Shown here piece after piece: positions 1 to 12,115 of a stretch of DNA of 64,000 bases; within the stretch, counting starts at the first letter, position 1, and every line of letters begins with the position of its first letter. The notes beneath the pieces are model-generated. The model saw only the letters and a program-made list of their open reading frames with translations. It did no database searches and had not been told where the DNA came from. This DNA comes from Octopus sinensis (lineage: Eukaryota). Where the stretch lies: NCBI RefSeq assembly GCF_006345805.1, contig NC_043000.1, forward strand, positions 57,908,001-57,972,000, written 5' to 3'. The translations under genes and the position numbers were made by a program.

Positions 1-1339
1 TGTTCTCCCCACCATCTCTTTTTTTCTCTCCTAGATTAGATGGAGCATAATTGTTTCATCTCATACCTTCTAAAATCAATTTCTATCCTTGTTAACATCA
101 ATCAAGTGATATAGATAACGCTACTCTAATAATTTAAGCACAATACTATAACATTCTAGTTTTCTCTCTTGTAGTTAATGTTTGATGATTCTTAAGAGCC
201 ACTACCATTTCTTGAAACATTTCAGGTTCAGCTAAAACATCTTAAATATTATGAACTATTAACTGAAAGGAAAATATCCCTGGAAATATTGTATACTACT
301 GCAGCAAAAAAAAAAAAAAATCAGTAGCAATTAAAAATTCATTAATTAAAAACTTAACTGGTCAAAATGTTTTTTATTTAATTTTTTTTAGTTTAAGGGA
401 CAACATCTCTTTGTAGACAGATTAAAGAAAGCTGTTTCTGACATATCTAACCCCACATACAAAAGAAATTTTCAACATTTAATACCTACTTCTCCCTCCA
501 TGCCTGTCAAAAATACAACAGTCACCATATCAGATGAACAGATCTGAGGATCAAACAATGTATAACTGGAACAAATTAAAGTCCATGCCTATGCAATGTA
601 GCACAAAATGTAAAGGGATTTCAGCCTACTCAAGTAGGTATGATAAAATTAAATGTCTTACTGTTAACAATAAAAATTAGAACATGAATTTTAATCCTTG
701 TATTGCAGGATAAAATTCGATCACTTAATAAGGCTACTGACAATTAAATGGAGATTGTTTCCTGATAACTGCAAGGCTGGTGTCATGACTAGTAAACAAA
801 TATGGCTTTATAATAGTAGGCATTGCAGATTATAAAGAGAATAAAATTGTAAGAGATTAGAATAAGAGCAATATCAGTTAGGAAACAAATATTATGCACA
901 AATCGGTCTAGTTTTGAGTCAATAAGCATCAGTATGATAACACCATACTTTATAAGAAATGATATATAAAAACTGAAATGGAGCAATATTAGTTGTAAAT
1001 TTCTTGTTGATATTTAGAGTTGAAGAATGTTTATCAGGTTTACTTTATGTAGGTACTTTGGTTTGAGATGAATTAGAATTTAATACCAAGAAATATTATA
1101 AAATGAAGATTTGGAACTTATTTCATATTATAGTTTAAAATTGGTATCTTTCACATATACACATAGTTTACTATATTAATTGAAAATTAAAGCATCTGTA
1201 TAAGCACTAATGCCCACAAACTCAAGCACAAGATATTTACAAATGTGTACATGTTCTTTATGAATGCAACCATGGTTGAGTGGATAAGAATTTCACTTTG
1301 GAATCAGATCCAAAGTTTGATCCCATTGTTTGGCATAAT

Positions 1340-1482
1340 GGACAAATATATTTTTACAATAGTCGACTTTGCCTTTCATCATTTCAAGGTTGATAAAGTA
1401 AGTACTAGTTGAACACTGGCCTCCATGTAATTGACTCTTCACCCCCAAAATTGCTGGCCCTGTGCCAGAATTTGAACCCAAT
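1340..1482 (+). mobile_element. SINE family B fragment (GTCGACTTTGCCTTTCATC body)
   Basis: Shares gtcgactttgcctttcatc...gataaa..aagtac..g..cactgg..tgtaattgact with the cleaner copy at 57028-57235 and with copies at 37110-37330 and 39886-40095. Confidence 0.7.
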
Positions 1483-1500
1483 ATATTTTACCATTGTTTT

Positions 1501-1802
1501 GTAAGTTCCTTCTTGAGCCAGGCCTGGCTCATAAGGGCTGGTTTCCTGGTTTCCTTGGTGTATAGGTTCCCCACCTGGATGGGATGCTGATCCGTCGCAG
1601 GTGAGCTGCAAGATGCAGGAGGAAAGAGTGAGAGAAAGTTGTGGCAAAAGAGTCAGCAGAAGTTCGCCATTACCTTCTGCTGGAGCTGCATGGAGCTTAG
1701 GTGTTTCACTCATAAACACACACATCGCCCGGTCTGAGATTCGAACCCGCAATACCTCAACAGTGCATCCGCTGCTCTAACCACTAGGCCATGTGCCTCC
1801 AC
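1501..1802 (-). mobile_element. tRNA-derived SINE (family D), full length with TSD
   Basis: Minus strand starts GTGGAGGCACATGGCCTAGTGGTTAGAGC (A box) and contains GGGTTCGAATC (B box). 11-bp TSD ACCATTGTTTT at 1490-1500 and 1803-1813. Head and body shared with 24720-25037. Confidence 0.9.
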
Positions 1803-2350
1803 ACCATTGTTTTAGGTTGAGTGAAGCTTTAAAGGTGAAATTAGGTTGATAGAAACTGTGTAGAAGCCTGTCAGATGAAAGATCAGCCTAATCACACACT
1901 GCCGTGTCATGCTGATTTTGCTTGAGGCTTATGTTAAGTGTGCATGAATCTGTGGAATACTCAGTCGTTTATTTGTCAATTCAATGAGAGTAGGTAGTTC
2001 AGTTGAGTGAGCAACTGAAACACTTATGGATGAAATTAACAAACATCCATATATAATTCTACATAATAATAATAGCTGATATATATAGATGTTGGTTAGT
2101 TGGTTGAATGATGTTTCCAGTAACATTTTAAATAAAATCCATGATCATCTTAAATGAAGATATAGTAAATATATTTTAGATGTTGATAAAACAAGAAACG
2201 GTATAATATTAACTTATGTTTCTATGAATTCCAGAACTTTGTGCATTCACTGAAACCCTAAAGTCACTCTTTAGAAAAGTAAATAAATTAAAAATACCCA
2301 GATAATTTAGACAAGTAACAATAGCCTCACTAGATACACTACCACAATCA

Positions 2351-2353
<3 letters not shown>

Positions 2354-2407
<54 letters not shown>

Positions 2408-2411
2408 CATA
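2354..2411. repeat. (TA)n microsatellite
   Basis: Direct inspection. Confidence 0.95.
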
Positions 2412-4974
2412 CAAAGACATTTCAGTTGCAGCAATAGTGAAAGTAGAGAGTAGGTATTAAAAAAGTTATCATAAATGGAATGGATATATATCTCAAAGGA
2501 AAAAAAACACAGTGACCACATTAAATGGCACAAATACATTAAAAAAAGAGGCCCTATTACATTTACAAAAAAAAAAGAAAGAAAAGAAGTATGATTTAAA
2601 GAGCAGAACTAGAGGTGGTACTAAAAACTAAGATAGGTAAAAGAGGGGAAAAACAAACAAATCATTAAAACACAGCAAAGGCAAAACTGTGATGCAAAGA
2701 GAAATAACCAACAAAAATTGAGGTGTGAAAAGAGAAATAAATGTCTGCGTGATAAGTAGCTACAAAGAATAAATAAACCAAACTGAAACATTAAAAGCAC
2801 ACAGCTGTGGTTGAGCAGTCAGAAGCTGAATGACATATCTGCAGCACATAACCAATAATTCTAACCTGACACTATCAAAGAAGCATAAATACACTAGAAA
2901 AAGAAAAAGAAAAAATAGAGACACAGATTCTGTGCTGAATATGTTGGGGAATTTGATGAAATTGTTATCTACACTAGATTCTTAGTTACTGACAAAACTG
3001 AATATGTATACACTCACAACTGCATAGATATATTCATCTACCAGCAAATTCTCAATCGTTATAAGATAGTGAGAAAAAGAAAGAAATATTAGCATAAGCT
3101 CGACTAAGCTGCTATGGAAAATGAAGTAACTAAACTGCTGGACACCTGCTTTTGATTTCAAGTTGGAATAATTTCACTTATTTCCGATCCCATAAAATCA
3201 ATAGGGCCAATCAGCAATTGATATATATTTATTTCTGGCTATAAATTCTCATTGAAAAAGAAAAAAAAAAATACAGAAATGTGATATTTGACTTTCTTTC
3301 ACTTGTATAAAATATATAAGTCACTGAAACTGTGTGACTGCATAAGTGTCTAACACAAAATCATGAGTCAAATAAGCTTAAATACTGAGCAAATATTTAT
3401 GAACAGACTTTGGTAATTTTCTCCTTTCATCATTTCTTCTATAAAATATCCTTGTTCAAAATATCTTTATGTTATTGCCTTTTTACTATTTAATTCAAAT
3501 TTTCCTCAAATGCATCACACGTTCTGGAATAAAAGACATTATTTTTAAATGAGAAATAATTTCTGCCTTGTTGTGTTGTTATATTATAATGAGGTAAACA
3601 ACTAATATATTATGTTAATTTATTAATGATTTCAGATACTGCAAGGGAAAAATTTCTTGACACTATACAAGAAAGGATTTAGGAGAACAGACTAATAAAT
3701 AGTGAAGTTGAAACTTTTTTTATTGTTACATCTACTATACACTAAAAAGGGAATTAAGAATCATCAATAAAATCATATTGCAATCCAACATTTTTTACTT
3801 AGTGTTGTCATATGATCGTGATCTGTTTTTATATTCCTCTTTACAAAAAACTGATAGATTATCTTATTTTTCCTACAAAGTGGAGTTATTTAGTTAAGTA
3901 AGTTACTGACATTCAAACCTGTAAATATATTGTTTAGGAACAGTATGAATAAAAGAAATAAACTTTAATCATTCTGAGGAAGCAAATGGGAAGATGTGAT
4001 GCTATTGCATTTTCTAATGTAAGCGAAATGAAATGGCTTCAGCCAGGAATTAAAATCAGGAAAAATAACAGCAATTACAAAATACTTTAGCCAGATTGAT
4101 ACATTTGAGGATTAGCATTAGTTGTAGTAGAAATTTTCTGCATCACTGTCCACCCACACATACTTGATATACAAACAGCAGCAGCAGTAGTTGTAGCAGC
4201 AGCAACAGTTTTCTGGCCACATGCAAGCTCCATTATAGTAAAATATAAATAATGACATTCTAGGATAAGTTGTCAAATTGGTGAGGAAGTTTCTGCCTAC
4301 ACATTCTTTCCAGTAAAATAAAAAAAAAAATTCATATTTTGTATGAAATTTGATCTCACTGGTGTTTATTTTTTAAAATTATTATGTTTTATTACTTATG
4401 GATTCATTCTAATGTAGAACCGGATGTATTAAAACTCTGTGTGTGTGTGGAATGAAGAGATGGAAATATTCAAAGGTGTAGTATTGAATTTATTTCTACC
4501 AATATGTGTCTCTTTCACACAGAAATGTAGTGTTAGATTCTATTGTTGTAGAGAAAAGCATGAAGAGCATCTCATATTTTGTTTTTCACATTTCTACTCT
4601 GGTTCAATAAACATTATGTACTGTGGGGAAACATTTCCATGTAGGTTTGTCAAAAGTGGTTTTGTTTCTATAGAAACAATTATTGGATAAAATCAATAGA
4701 GAAGCAATAAACGTGTGGCAATAGATTTGGTGGAAATTTCCAGAATAAAGCAGTTTATATAATGCCTATTTCTATCAAGTGTTAACAAATAATTTTGTTG
4801 ACCTTCAGGTCTCATTTCAGTGAAAGTATTGAATAACGGTGCAACCAAATAATTATTGATTTAATTATTATTATTATTTGTTAGTTGACAATAGGAGGGC
4901 AGCACTAATTTCTTTTTCAAGCTTTCTTTATCTGAGGAGTAAATGGGGCAAATGCAGTTAATGTCTTATTTGAA

Positions 4975-5200
4975 TTGTTGTTGTTTAGCCCCGGGTCATC
5001 TATGACTGAGCAGATCTATAATAAGAAGTTTCCCAGCTATGAATAGTATATCTTTATTTTTGTGGAACAGACTGTATCTAGGACAACATTATCCAATGTA
5101 ATTTTAGATACTATTTTAAAATAGTAGGATATGATTTGGGGGAGATATGGCTGCTATTTCTTGCAATTTGACTAGCTATGTAGGCAGCTCCTTTGTTGGC
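4975..5200 (-). repeat. Unclassified interspersed repeat (family X; ...gggctaaacaacaac end)
   Basis: gttgttgtttagccccgggtca...gagcagatctat...gatttgggggagat.tggctgctatttct recurs at about 46250-46460, 46705-46870, 53825-54425 and, inverted, at 60620-61055. Confidence 0.6.
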
Positions 5201-5296
5201 TTGAAAATTCTTATACTTTACTGATTGAATGGAAACATAAAGTTCAGTTGTTATGTCTCTGGAGAGGAACGATTGGAAAAAAATGTCTAGTATATA

Positions 5297-5452
5297 GACA
5301 CAGGTATAGCTATGTAACTGAGAAATTTAGGTCACACCACAAGGTTTCGGGTTCAGTCACACTGTATGATATCTTGAGCAAGTGTCTTCCAGCCTCAAGT
5401 TGACCAATGCCTTTGGGTGGAATTGGAAGATGGAAATGGTGTGGAAGCCAGT

Positions 5453-5512
<60 letters not shown>

Positions 5513-5527
5513 CGTGTGTGAGTGTGT
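5297..5527 (+). mobile_element. tRNA/CORE-like SINE family A, 5' half plus internal (TG)n
   Basis: gggttcagtc.cactg...cttgagcaagtgtcttc...gatggaaat.gtgtggaagcc followed by (TG)n; probable 3' end at about 6105-6160. Confidence 0.7.
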
Positions 5528-5848
5528 GTGAAGGTATGTGGCTTAGCGATTAGGGTATTTAGCTCATCATTGTAAGGTTGTGAGTTCGATTCCCAGTGGC
5601 ATATTGTGTCTTTGAGCAAGACACTTTAGTTCATATTGCTCCAGTTCACTCAGCTATCAAAAACGAGTAGTACCTGTACTTCAAAGAGTCAGCCTTGTCA
5701 CATTCTGTGTCACAGTGAATCTCCCAGAGAACAATGTTAAGGTTAAGCGTAACTGTGGAGTGCTCAGCCACTTGCATGTTAATTTCACGAGCAGGCTGTT
5801 CTGTTGACTGGATCAACTGGAACCCTTATCATCATAACCAACAGAGTT
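5528..5848 (+). mobile_element. tRNA-derived SINE (family C)
   Basis: gtgaaggtatgtggcttagcgattagg (A-box-like), GAGTTCGATTCC (B box), ttgagcaagacact...ttgctccagttcactcag body shared with 57243-57545. Confidence 0.8.
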
Positions 5849-6579
5849 GATTATGATCATAACCCTTATCCTCATAACTCTTATGATCATAACCAACAGC
5901 TTTTTTAAACACATGTGTGATATGTTTCTATGTTTCTCTTTAGATTCGACACAGCTTGAAAACAAAAAAAATAATGCATATTTGTGTTCCATAACTTAAT
6001 GGGTGCAATAAATAAAAATTGCTAAAATAAGTATCAGAAAAAAACAAGACGAAAAAAGAACAACTGAATTTTGGCATTGAAATGACTGATTAAAACCCTT
6101 TAAAGTGGTTACCCCAGCATAACTGCAGCCTAATGAATGAAACTAGTAAAAGAATAAAAAGACAGAATCTTGTGTATAATAACAGAAAAGGAATAAATGA
6201 ATGTAATCATAAGGTTTAGCTAGTATATAAACAGCATGCTGAATGGAGCAGAAACTATTGTTATGAGAAGTAGAAAGACAGACAGAGAGAAAACACAATA
6301 ATGAAAAAGTAGTTGGAGGATGTTGACTGCAAATCAGGCAACAGACATTTTTCTTATGGGGTAGAGTAAGACCTGAAATAAGTGGGAGCATAATTAATAA
6401 CAGTAAGTATTCAAACTGGACATTAACTGCATTAACTCTACCTGCTCCAATTTACCAAGGCTAAGAAGGCTTGAAAAAGAACAATGTTAGAGCTGCTCTC
6501 CTCTTCACAATAAACGAGTCAACAATGGTCGAAGGCCAAAGTTGGCTATGTGAAAATGTGCTGTAACTTGAAAGATTAC

Positions 6580-6742
6580 TTTTTTACTTGTTTCAGTCAT
6601 TTGACTGCAGCCATGCAGGAGCACCACCTTTAGTTGAACAAATTAACCCTAGGACTTGTTCTTTGTAAGCTCAGTATTTATTCTATCGGTTGTCAAGCGA
6701 TGGTGGGGGGCCAAACACAGACACACAAATATATATATATAT
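6580..6742 (-). mobile_element. SINE family A, 3' half (split from its 5' half at 9193-9343)
   Basis: ttttacttgtttcagtcatttgactgcagccatgc.ggagcacc...; uninterrupted copies at 20298-20685 and 28345-28716 show that the two halves belong together. Confidence 0.8.
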
Positions 6743-6937
6743 GAAAGAATGGAGTTGAATGACGAATTAACAAAATTCCTTTATTTTCGACATATGTTTT
6801 GAAGGCTGCATATTCCTAATTGCGAAGGAATAAGGAGTATATTATGCCGCTTTCTACCCAGGTATCGGTGAATTTGCTACCCAGGTATCGGTTAACTGAA
6901 TTATCCATAACAAGATAATTCATTCTACTACTCAAAT
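6743..6937 (-). mobile_element. Small (TA)n-embedded element, Penelope-tail-like
   Basis: Flanked by TA runs; homologous in reverse to 55778-55894; minus strand has CAAAACATATGTC, resembling a degenerate hammerhead 3' half (GAAAC-palindrome-UH). Confidence 0.55.
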
Positions 6938-6957
6938 ATTTATATATATATATATAT

Positions 6958-9192
6958 GAGAAATGTGTCCACATGGATGATGGTGTACTTGCTTTTAATG
7001 ATTCTAAAAAGAAAGGTGTGGAGGAGCCATTACGAAAGACTGATGAATGTGGAGAATGAATGGGAAGAGGCAAGCCTGTCAAATGTTGACCCAGTAGAAG
7101 GACCAGCTATCCAAATAGACAGCACCCTTGTAGATAAAGTAATTAAGGGTATGAAACCAAGAAAAATCCCCAGCCCATCAGGAATCACTGCTGAGATACT
7201 TAAAATATCTGGTGGTATGGGCTATGGCCTAGTCACTGATATTGTAAAACAAGTTGTTCATGATGGAGACATACCTAATGACTGGCGTAGTAGTACCATA
7301 GTCAACTGCTACAAAGGTAAAGGTGATGCTTTAGATAGAAATAACTACAGGGGTATCAAACTGCTGGATCAGGTGATGAAGGTCACGGAGAGAGTCATAG
7401 CCCAACTAATTAGGGAGAGAGTCTGCTTAGATGAGATGTAGTTCGGTTTTGTGCCAGGTAGAATCAACTGCAGGAGAAATACCTAGCTAAAGATAAACCC
7501 TATACTTGGTAGACTTGGAGAAAGCCTTTAGGCAATGTGGAAACTAGGGATTGACAAATGGTTAATAAGGGCTGTACAGGCCCTATACAGAGATGTCATT
7601 AGTAAGGTTAGGGTTAGGGTTGGCAATGAGTATAATAAAGAATTGCGGGTAGAAGTAGGGGTCCACCAAGGATCAGCTCTCAGCCCCCTCTTATTCATCA
7701 TAGTCCTCTAGGCATTCAGAGGAATTCAAGACAGCTTGCTCCTGGGAGCTCCTCTATAATGATGACCTGGCCCTCATATCAGAATCACTACCAGAACTAG
7801 AGAAGAAATTTCAGGTGTGGAAGCAAGAATTAGAATAGAAGGGCCTTAGAGTCAACCTAGACAAAACCAAAGTCCTAGTAAGTAGGAAGGCGAACACATC
7901 ACACACCCCTTCAGGTAGATACCCCTACTCGATCTGTAGAAAAGGTGTAGGTAGAAACTCCATAAGATGTACCCAGTGTAAGCTATGGATGCATAAGAGG
8001 TGCAGCAACATCAAAGGAAAATTAAGCAAGATGATAGCTTTCGTGTGCGGCAGATGCACAGGGGCAGTAAATACCACAGATTCCATCACATGCCAGGGGG
8101 AGAAACTAGAAGTAGTTGATAGCTTTCGCTACCTAGGTGACCATATCTGTAGTGGGGGTGGATGCTCAGAGAGCGTTACCACTAGAATAAGAAAAGCCAG
8201 GGCAAAGTTCAGAAAGCTTCTACCCATACTGGTGATAAAGGGCCTCTCACTCAGAGTGAAAGGTAGTTTGCACGATGCATGTGTGCAAACTGCCATGCTT
8301 CCCAGCAGTGAAACATGGGCTGTGACTGCTGAAGACATGCATAGGCTCAAAATAAATGAAGCTAGCATGATCCACTGGATGTGTAATGTCAGTGTGCATA
8401 CATGACAGAGTGTAAGTGCCTTGAGAGAAATATTGAACATAAGCATCGGATGTGGCATGCAAGAGAGACATCTGCATTTGTATGGTCATGTACTATGAAT
8501 GGATGAGGAGAGCTGTGCGAAGAAGTTCCACTCTCAAACAGTGGAAGGAACCAGTGGTAGAGGGAGACCCAGGAAGATATGGGATGAGGTGGTGAAGCAT
8601 GACCTTCGAATGCTGGTCCTCACAGAGGCAATGACAAAAGACTGAGACCTCTGGAGATATGCTGTGACTGAAAAGACCCAGCAAATAAAGTGAGATCATA
8701 ACTGTAGCATACACCAGTGTTGCATAACCAGCCCATAAAAAAGTACCTTTGGATCATAAGGCAACATGTCATGCTTAAGGAGACCTATTGAATCAAGTAC
8801 ATCAACATCAAAATCAAATCAAACCACAATCAAATGGAAATTGTAGTTGTGGCTGATGCCAGCACTGCCTGTCTGGCTCCCCGTGGTTGTGGCACATAAA
8901 AAGCACCTGCCAAATGTGGTCAATGCCAGCCCCTGTGCCAGTGGTATGTAAAAAGCTCCATCCAAATGTGGCCGATACCAGCGCCACCTTGATTGGCTCC
9001 CATGCCAGTGGCACGTAAAAGCACCATCCAAACATGGTCAATGCCAGCCCCCTCTGGCCCCTGTGCCAGTGGTATGTAGAAAGCACCAGAGCCTGGTGCA
9101 GCCTCATGGCTTCCCAGATCCCAGTTGAACTGTCCAACCCATGCCAGCATGGAAAATGGGCATTAAACGATGATGATGATGATGATGACGAT
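6958..9192 (+). mobile_element. 5'-truncated, inactivated RTE-clade LINE (RT region, tandem-repeat 3' UTR, (GAT)n tail)
   Basis: RT motifs across frameshifts and stops: SPSGITAEILK, IPNDWRSSTIVNCYKGKGD..NYRGIKLL, DLEKAF, GVHQGSALSPLLFII, LLYNDDL (7755-7766, YADD position), NLDKTKVL, VDSFRYLG, GRGRPRKIW. 3' UTR at about 8690-9170 ends in (GAT)n. Confidence 0.93.
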
Positions 9193-9343
9193 GCTTCTTT
9201 CAGTTTCTATCTAACAAATCCACTCACAAGGCTTTGATCAGCCTGAGGCTATAGTAGAAGACACTTGCCCAAGGTACCATGCAGTGTGACTGAACCTAGA
9301 ACCATGTGGTTGTGAAGCAAGCTTCTTACCATGCAGCCACTCC
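9193..9343 (-). mobile_element. SINE family A, 5' half (tRNA head and CORE-like domain)
   Basis: Minus: ggagtggctgcatggtaagaagcttgct...ggttctaggttcagtcacactgc..ggtaccttgggcaagtgtcttctactatagcc; CTTGGGCAAGT resembles the CORE-SINE motif. Confidence 0.85.
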
Positions 9344-11739
9344 AGCATGTATGAAGAATAGGTACATAAATGAAGAATATGTATATAAAGCCTAGTAATT
9401 TTTTAAAATGTGATGATTTCAGCTGTGTTGTTCACAGCCTGTTGGAAAGTAATGTTGTGGCTTTGTCACAGTCCTCTTTTCATCAAATCTATGGCAGGTA
9501 ACAGGTCCAGCAAGCAGTTACAACATGCATGATATGAGCAGGAAAGAGTGTCAAACAGGGTCAGACTTCCGTATTCAAATCAGAACGGTTCCATTTTTAT
9601 TTTGTGCATGTTATTTTTAGTTTCATTTTACAAAGACAATAAAGAATTTGAGGAAGAAGATATTAAGAAGTAAAATGATTGAAGACAGTAAAAATGGATC
9701 ATTTTTGTTTATAGTTTCCATTACCCTGTGACTTTAGATGCATGAACAACAAAGCACTAGAAATTTTTTTCAGATGAGTTTGTGTGTGAAGATTTGGTGT
9801 ACAGTGAAGTAGCATCTGATCAGAACTTAAATGAGCAAAGAGTTTTATGGAAACAAATGTAAATTATGCTTGCAATTAATTTCAGTTCACTTCCCCATGT
9901 TTTAAGATATACGTGAAGCAGAAACATTTTCTGATGTTAATAATTTTAATCTGTAAAAATTATTTTCTAATGAAGTTCAGCAGGTAATCCTTTATCTCAT
10001 GCAGATGGTAAGGTATTTAAGATTAAATGCTTAAAAAAAAAGAAAGAACAATAACAACACAAGTTGCAATTACATACAATTTATTCTCTTTTATATTTGA
10101 AGCAGGTAAATTTTCATGTAGACTGTTCTCTTTAGAAATAAAGAGAGAAAGAAAATCAATCTTCATGAATTCAATACAATCTAACTATATTAGTAAATTG
10201 ATCTTTATTTGCTTTTTGTCATCATATTATGTATTATTGTTGCATGCCTTCTTTAACTTTGGGTCAATATGTATTTGAGAGCAATGAAAATATGGAATTC
10301 AGATGAAAAGAAATTCCAGTAGAAATGTACTATAATTATCTTTATTTAATTAAAAATGTTCAAATATAGAAAGTTGGTAATAGAACTTGTTAGATAAAAA
10401 TGCAGAGCAAGAATTCTTACAATTACAATAAAAACATTAAAAAATAACTAAAAATAACATGCACAATATTTTTTCCAAATGTATGGTAATATGATAATTT
10501 CAAATGAGGGAAGGTATCATGTTGTAGGTTTTAAATGTTCTGATTGTTCTAAAAATGACCAAAATATTAAGTGCATATAAAGTAATATAGATACTTGTTC
10601 TGGGCAAGACATTAACTTGCATCTTGTGGTGAGTGCTTAGCTTGGGTGTTCAGGAGTTTTAGGGAGTATGGAGGTACCCTTTAGTCACCACTATTCTTAG
10701 GTCTGCTCCGGCCCTGGAAGGTTAGTGTCTATAAAGAGCTCCAGTTCTAGGTCTTATATCAGTTCTGTGGTTAAGGCACACTGGATGTGGAGGTGGGCTT
10801 ACTTCTAGGTTTGAGGGCTGGCTTCTAGACATGTGTCACATAAGCACACATACATATGAACTTGCTCCAATGTCAAATGAGCTAGTTTCCCTGTCAAAGG
10901 ACCTTGGGAGTGCAGGTGACTAGCAGAGTAAAACAGGTATGGCACTTGATGAAGGAGAGAATATGGACACAGCATGGCAAAATGGTTAAAGAGATCCATT
11001 GCATGAACAAATATCATTTCCCCTATTCTCAGATTAACCCAAGCTGTGTGAGTGAAAATGGTAGATGAAAACTATGCAGAAGCCCATCAGATAGATTAAG
11101 GGATTAAACCTGTGTCAAGCCACTTATATGCTACTTCAATGAATCAGGTAGTTTAATTGATTAGACAACCGTATAGTCATCACTGAAACCAATGGAGATC
11201 TGCTTACTGATTATGAATATCAACAATATAACTCTGGGAAAATACCTCAGGGGAATGTTCTGCTTGGTAAATACAAACATGGTAAGCTCACACGTATGCC
11301 ATATAGTGAGTTAAAAAACTTTGATCAACTGAACTTATCCAAGCAATTAGAGGTAAAAAAATTCCCTCTTGGGCATGTCTGAAATTTAAAACAAGCAACT
11401 GAATAAATTAGTAGAACAAAAAACTCCTAGGAAGTGTTTAAAATTTAAAAGACAAACAAAGGAGATTGTTGCTTTCATCAGGTCTTTAAGGAAAAGAGTC
11501 ACTCAGTACAGACATTTCACTTAACTGGTCTTATGTGAGGTGTATGAAACTAGGTAATATTCAGATTTAGAAGCTGGATCCTACGATAAATGTACTTTAT
11601 TTGGTAACTTAAAATATTAAACTATGTTGTATTCTTATATAAAGATATTGGTTTCACTTCAACCAAATCTACTAGTTAAATCTTTTGATACACAATCAAA
11701 AGCAACAACTGTGACAATTTTCTGGACATTAATTTTCAT

Positions 11740-11906
11740 ACAGTTCTATATTTAAGAGATGAGGAATTATGTACATTATTTACATTCGACGAATATGGCG
11801 TAGTGGTTAAGAGCGTGGGCTACTAACCCCAAAATTCTGAGTTCGATTCCAAGCAGTGACCTGAACAATAATAATAATAATGATAATAACAATAATAATA
11901 ATAATG

Positions 11907-11937
<31 letters not shown>

Positions 11938-12083
11938 TAACATCCTACGCAGAACACTTTCCATACAATAACCATTAGAGCATCACAACAAATCACAGCA
12001 CATACCCAAGGCACACAGAGCTGTGCTCGGTAGTGAAGTGAAAGCACGATATAAAAAATATACTACTGAATAATAATAATAAC

Positions 12084-12115
<32 letters not shown>

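Noticed and set aside
7605-7622. TTAGGG telomere-like repeats
   Set aside because: Only about two units, inside LINE coding sequence; a local duplication
11796-11865. tRNA-like sequences (also 1730-1802, 5528-5600, 24960-25037)
   Set aside because: A and B boxes are present, but no complete cloverleaf is evident and each runs into a repeat body; these are SINE heads, not tRNA genes
11776-12047. Poly-Leu and poly-Tyr ORFs resembling signal peptides
   Set aside because: Translations of the (AAT)n tract inside a mobile element
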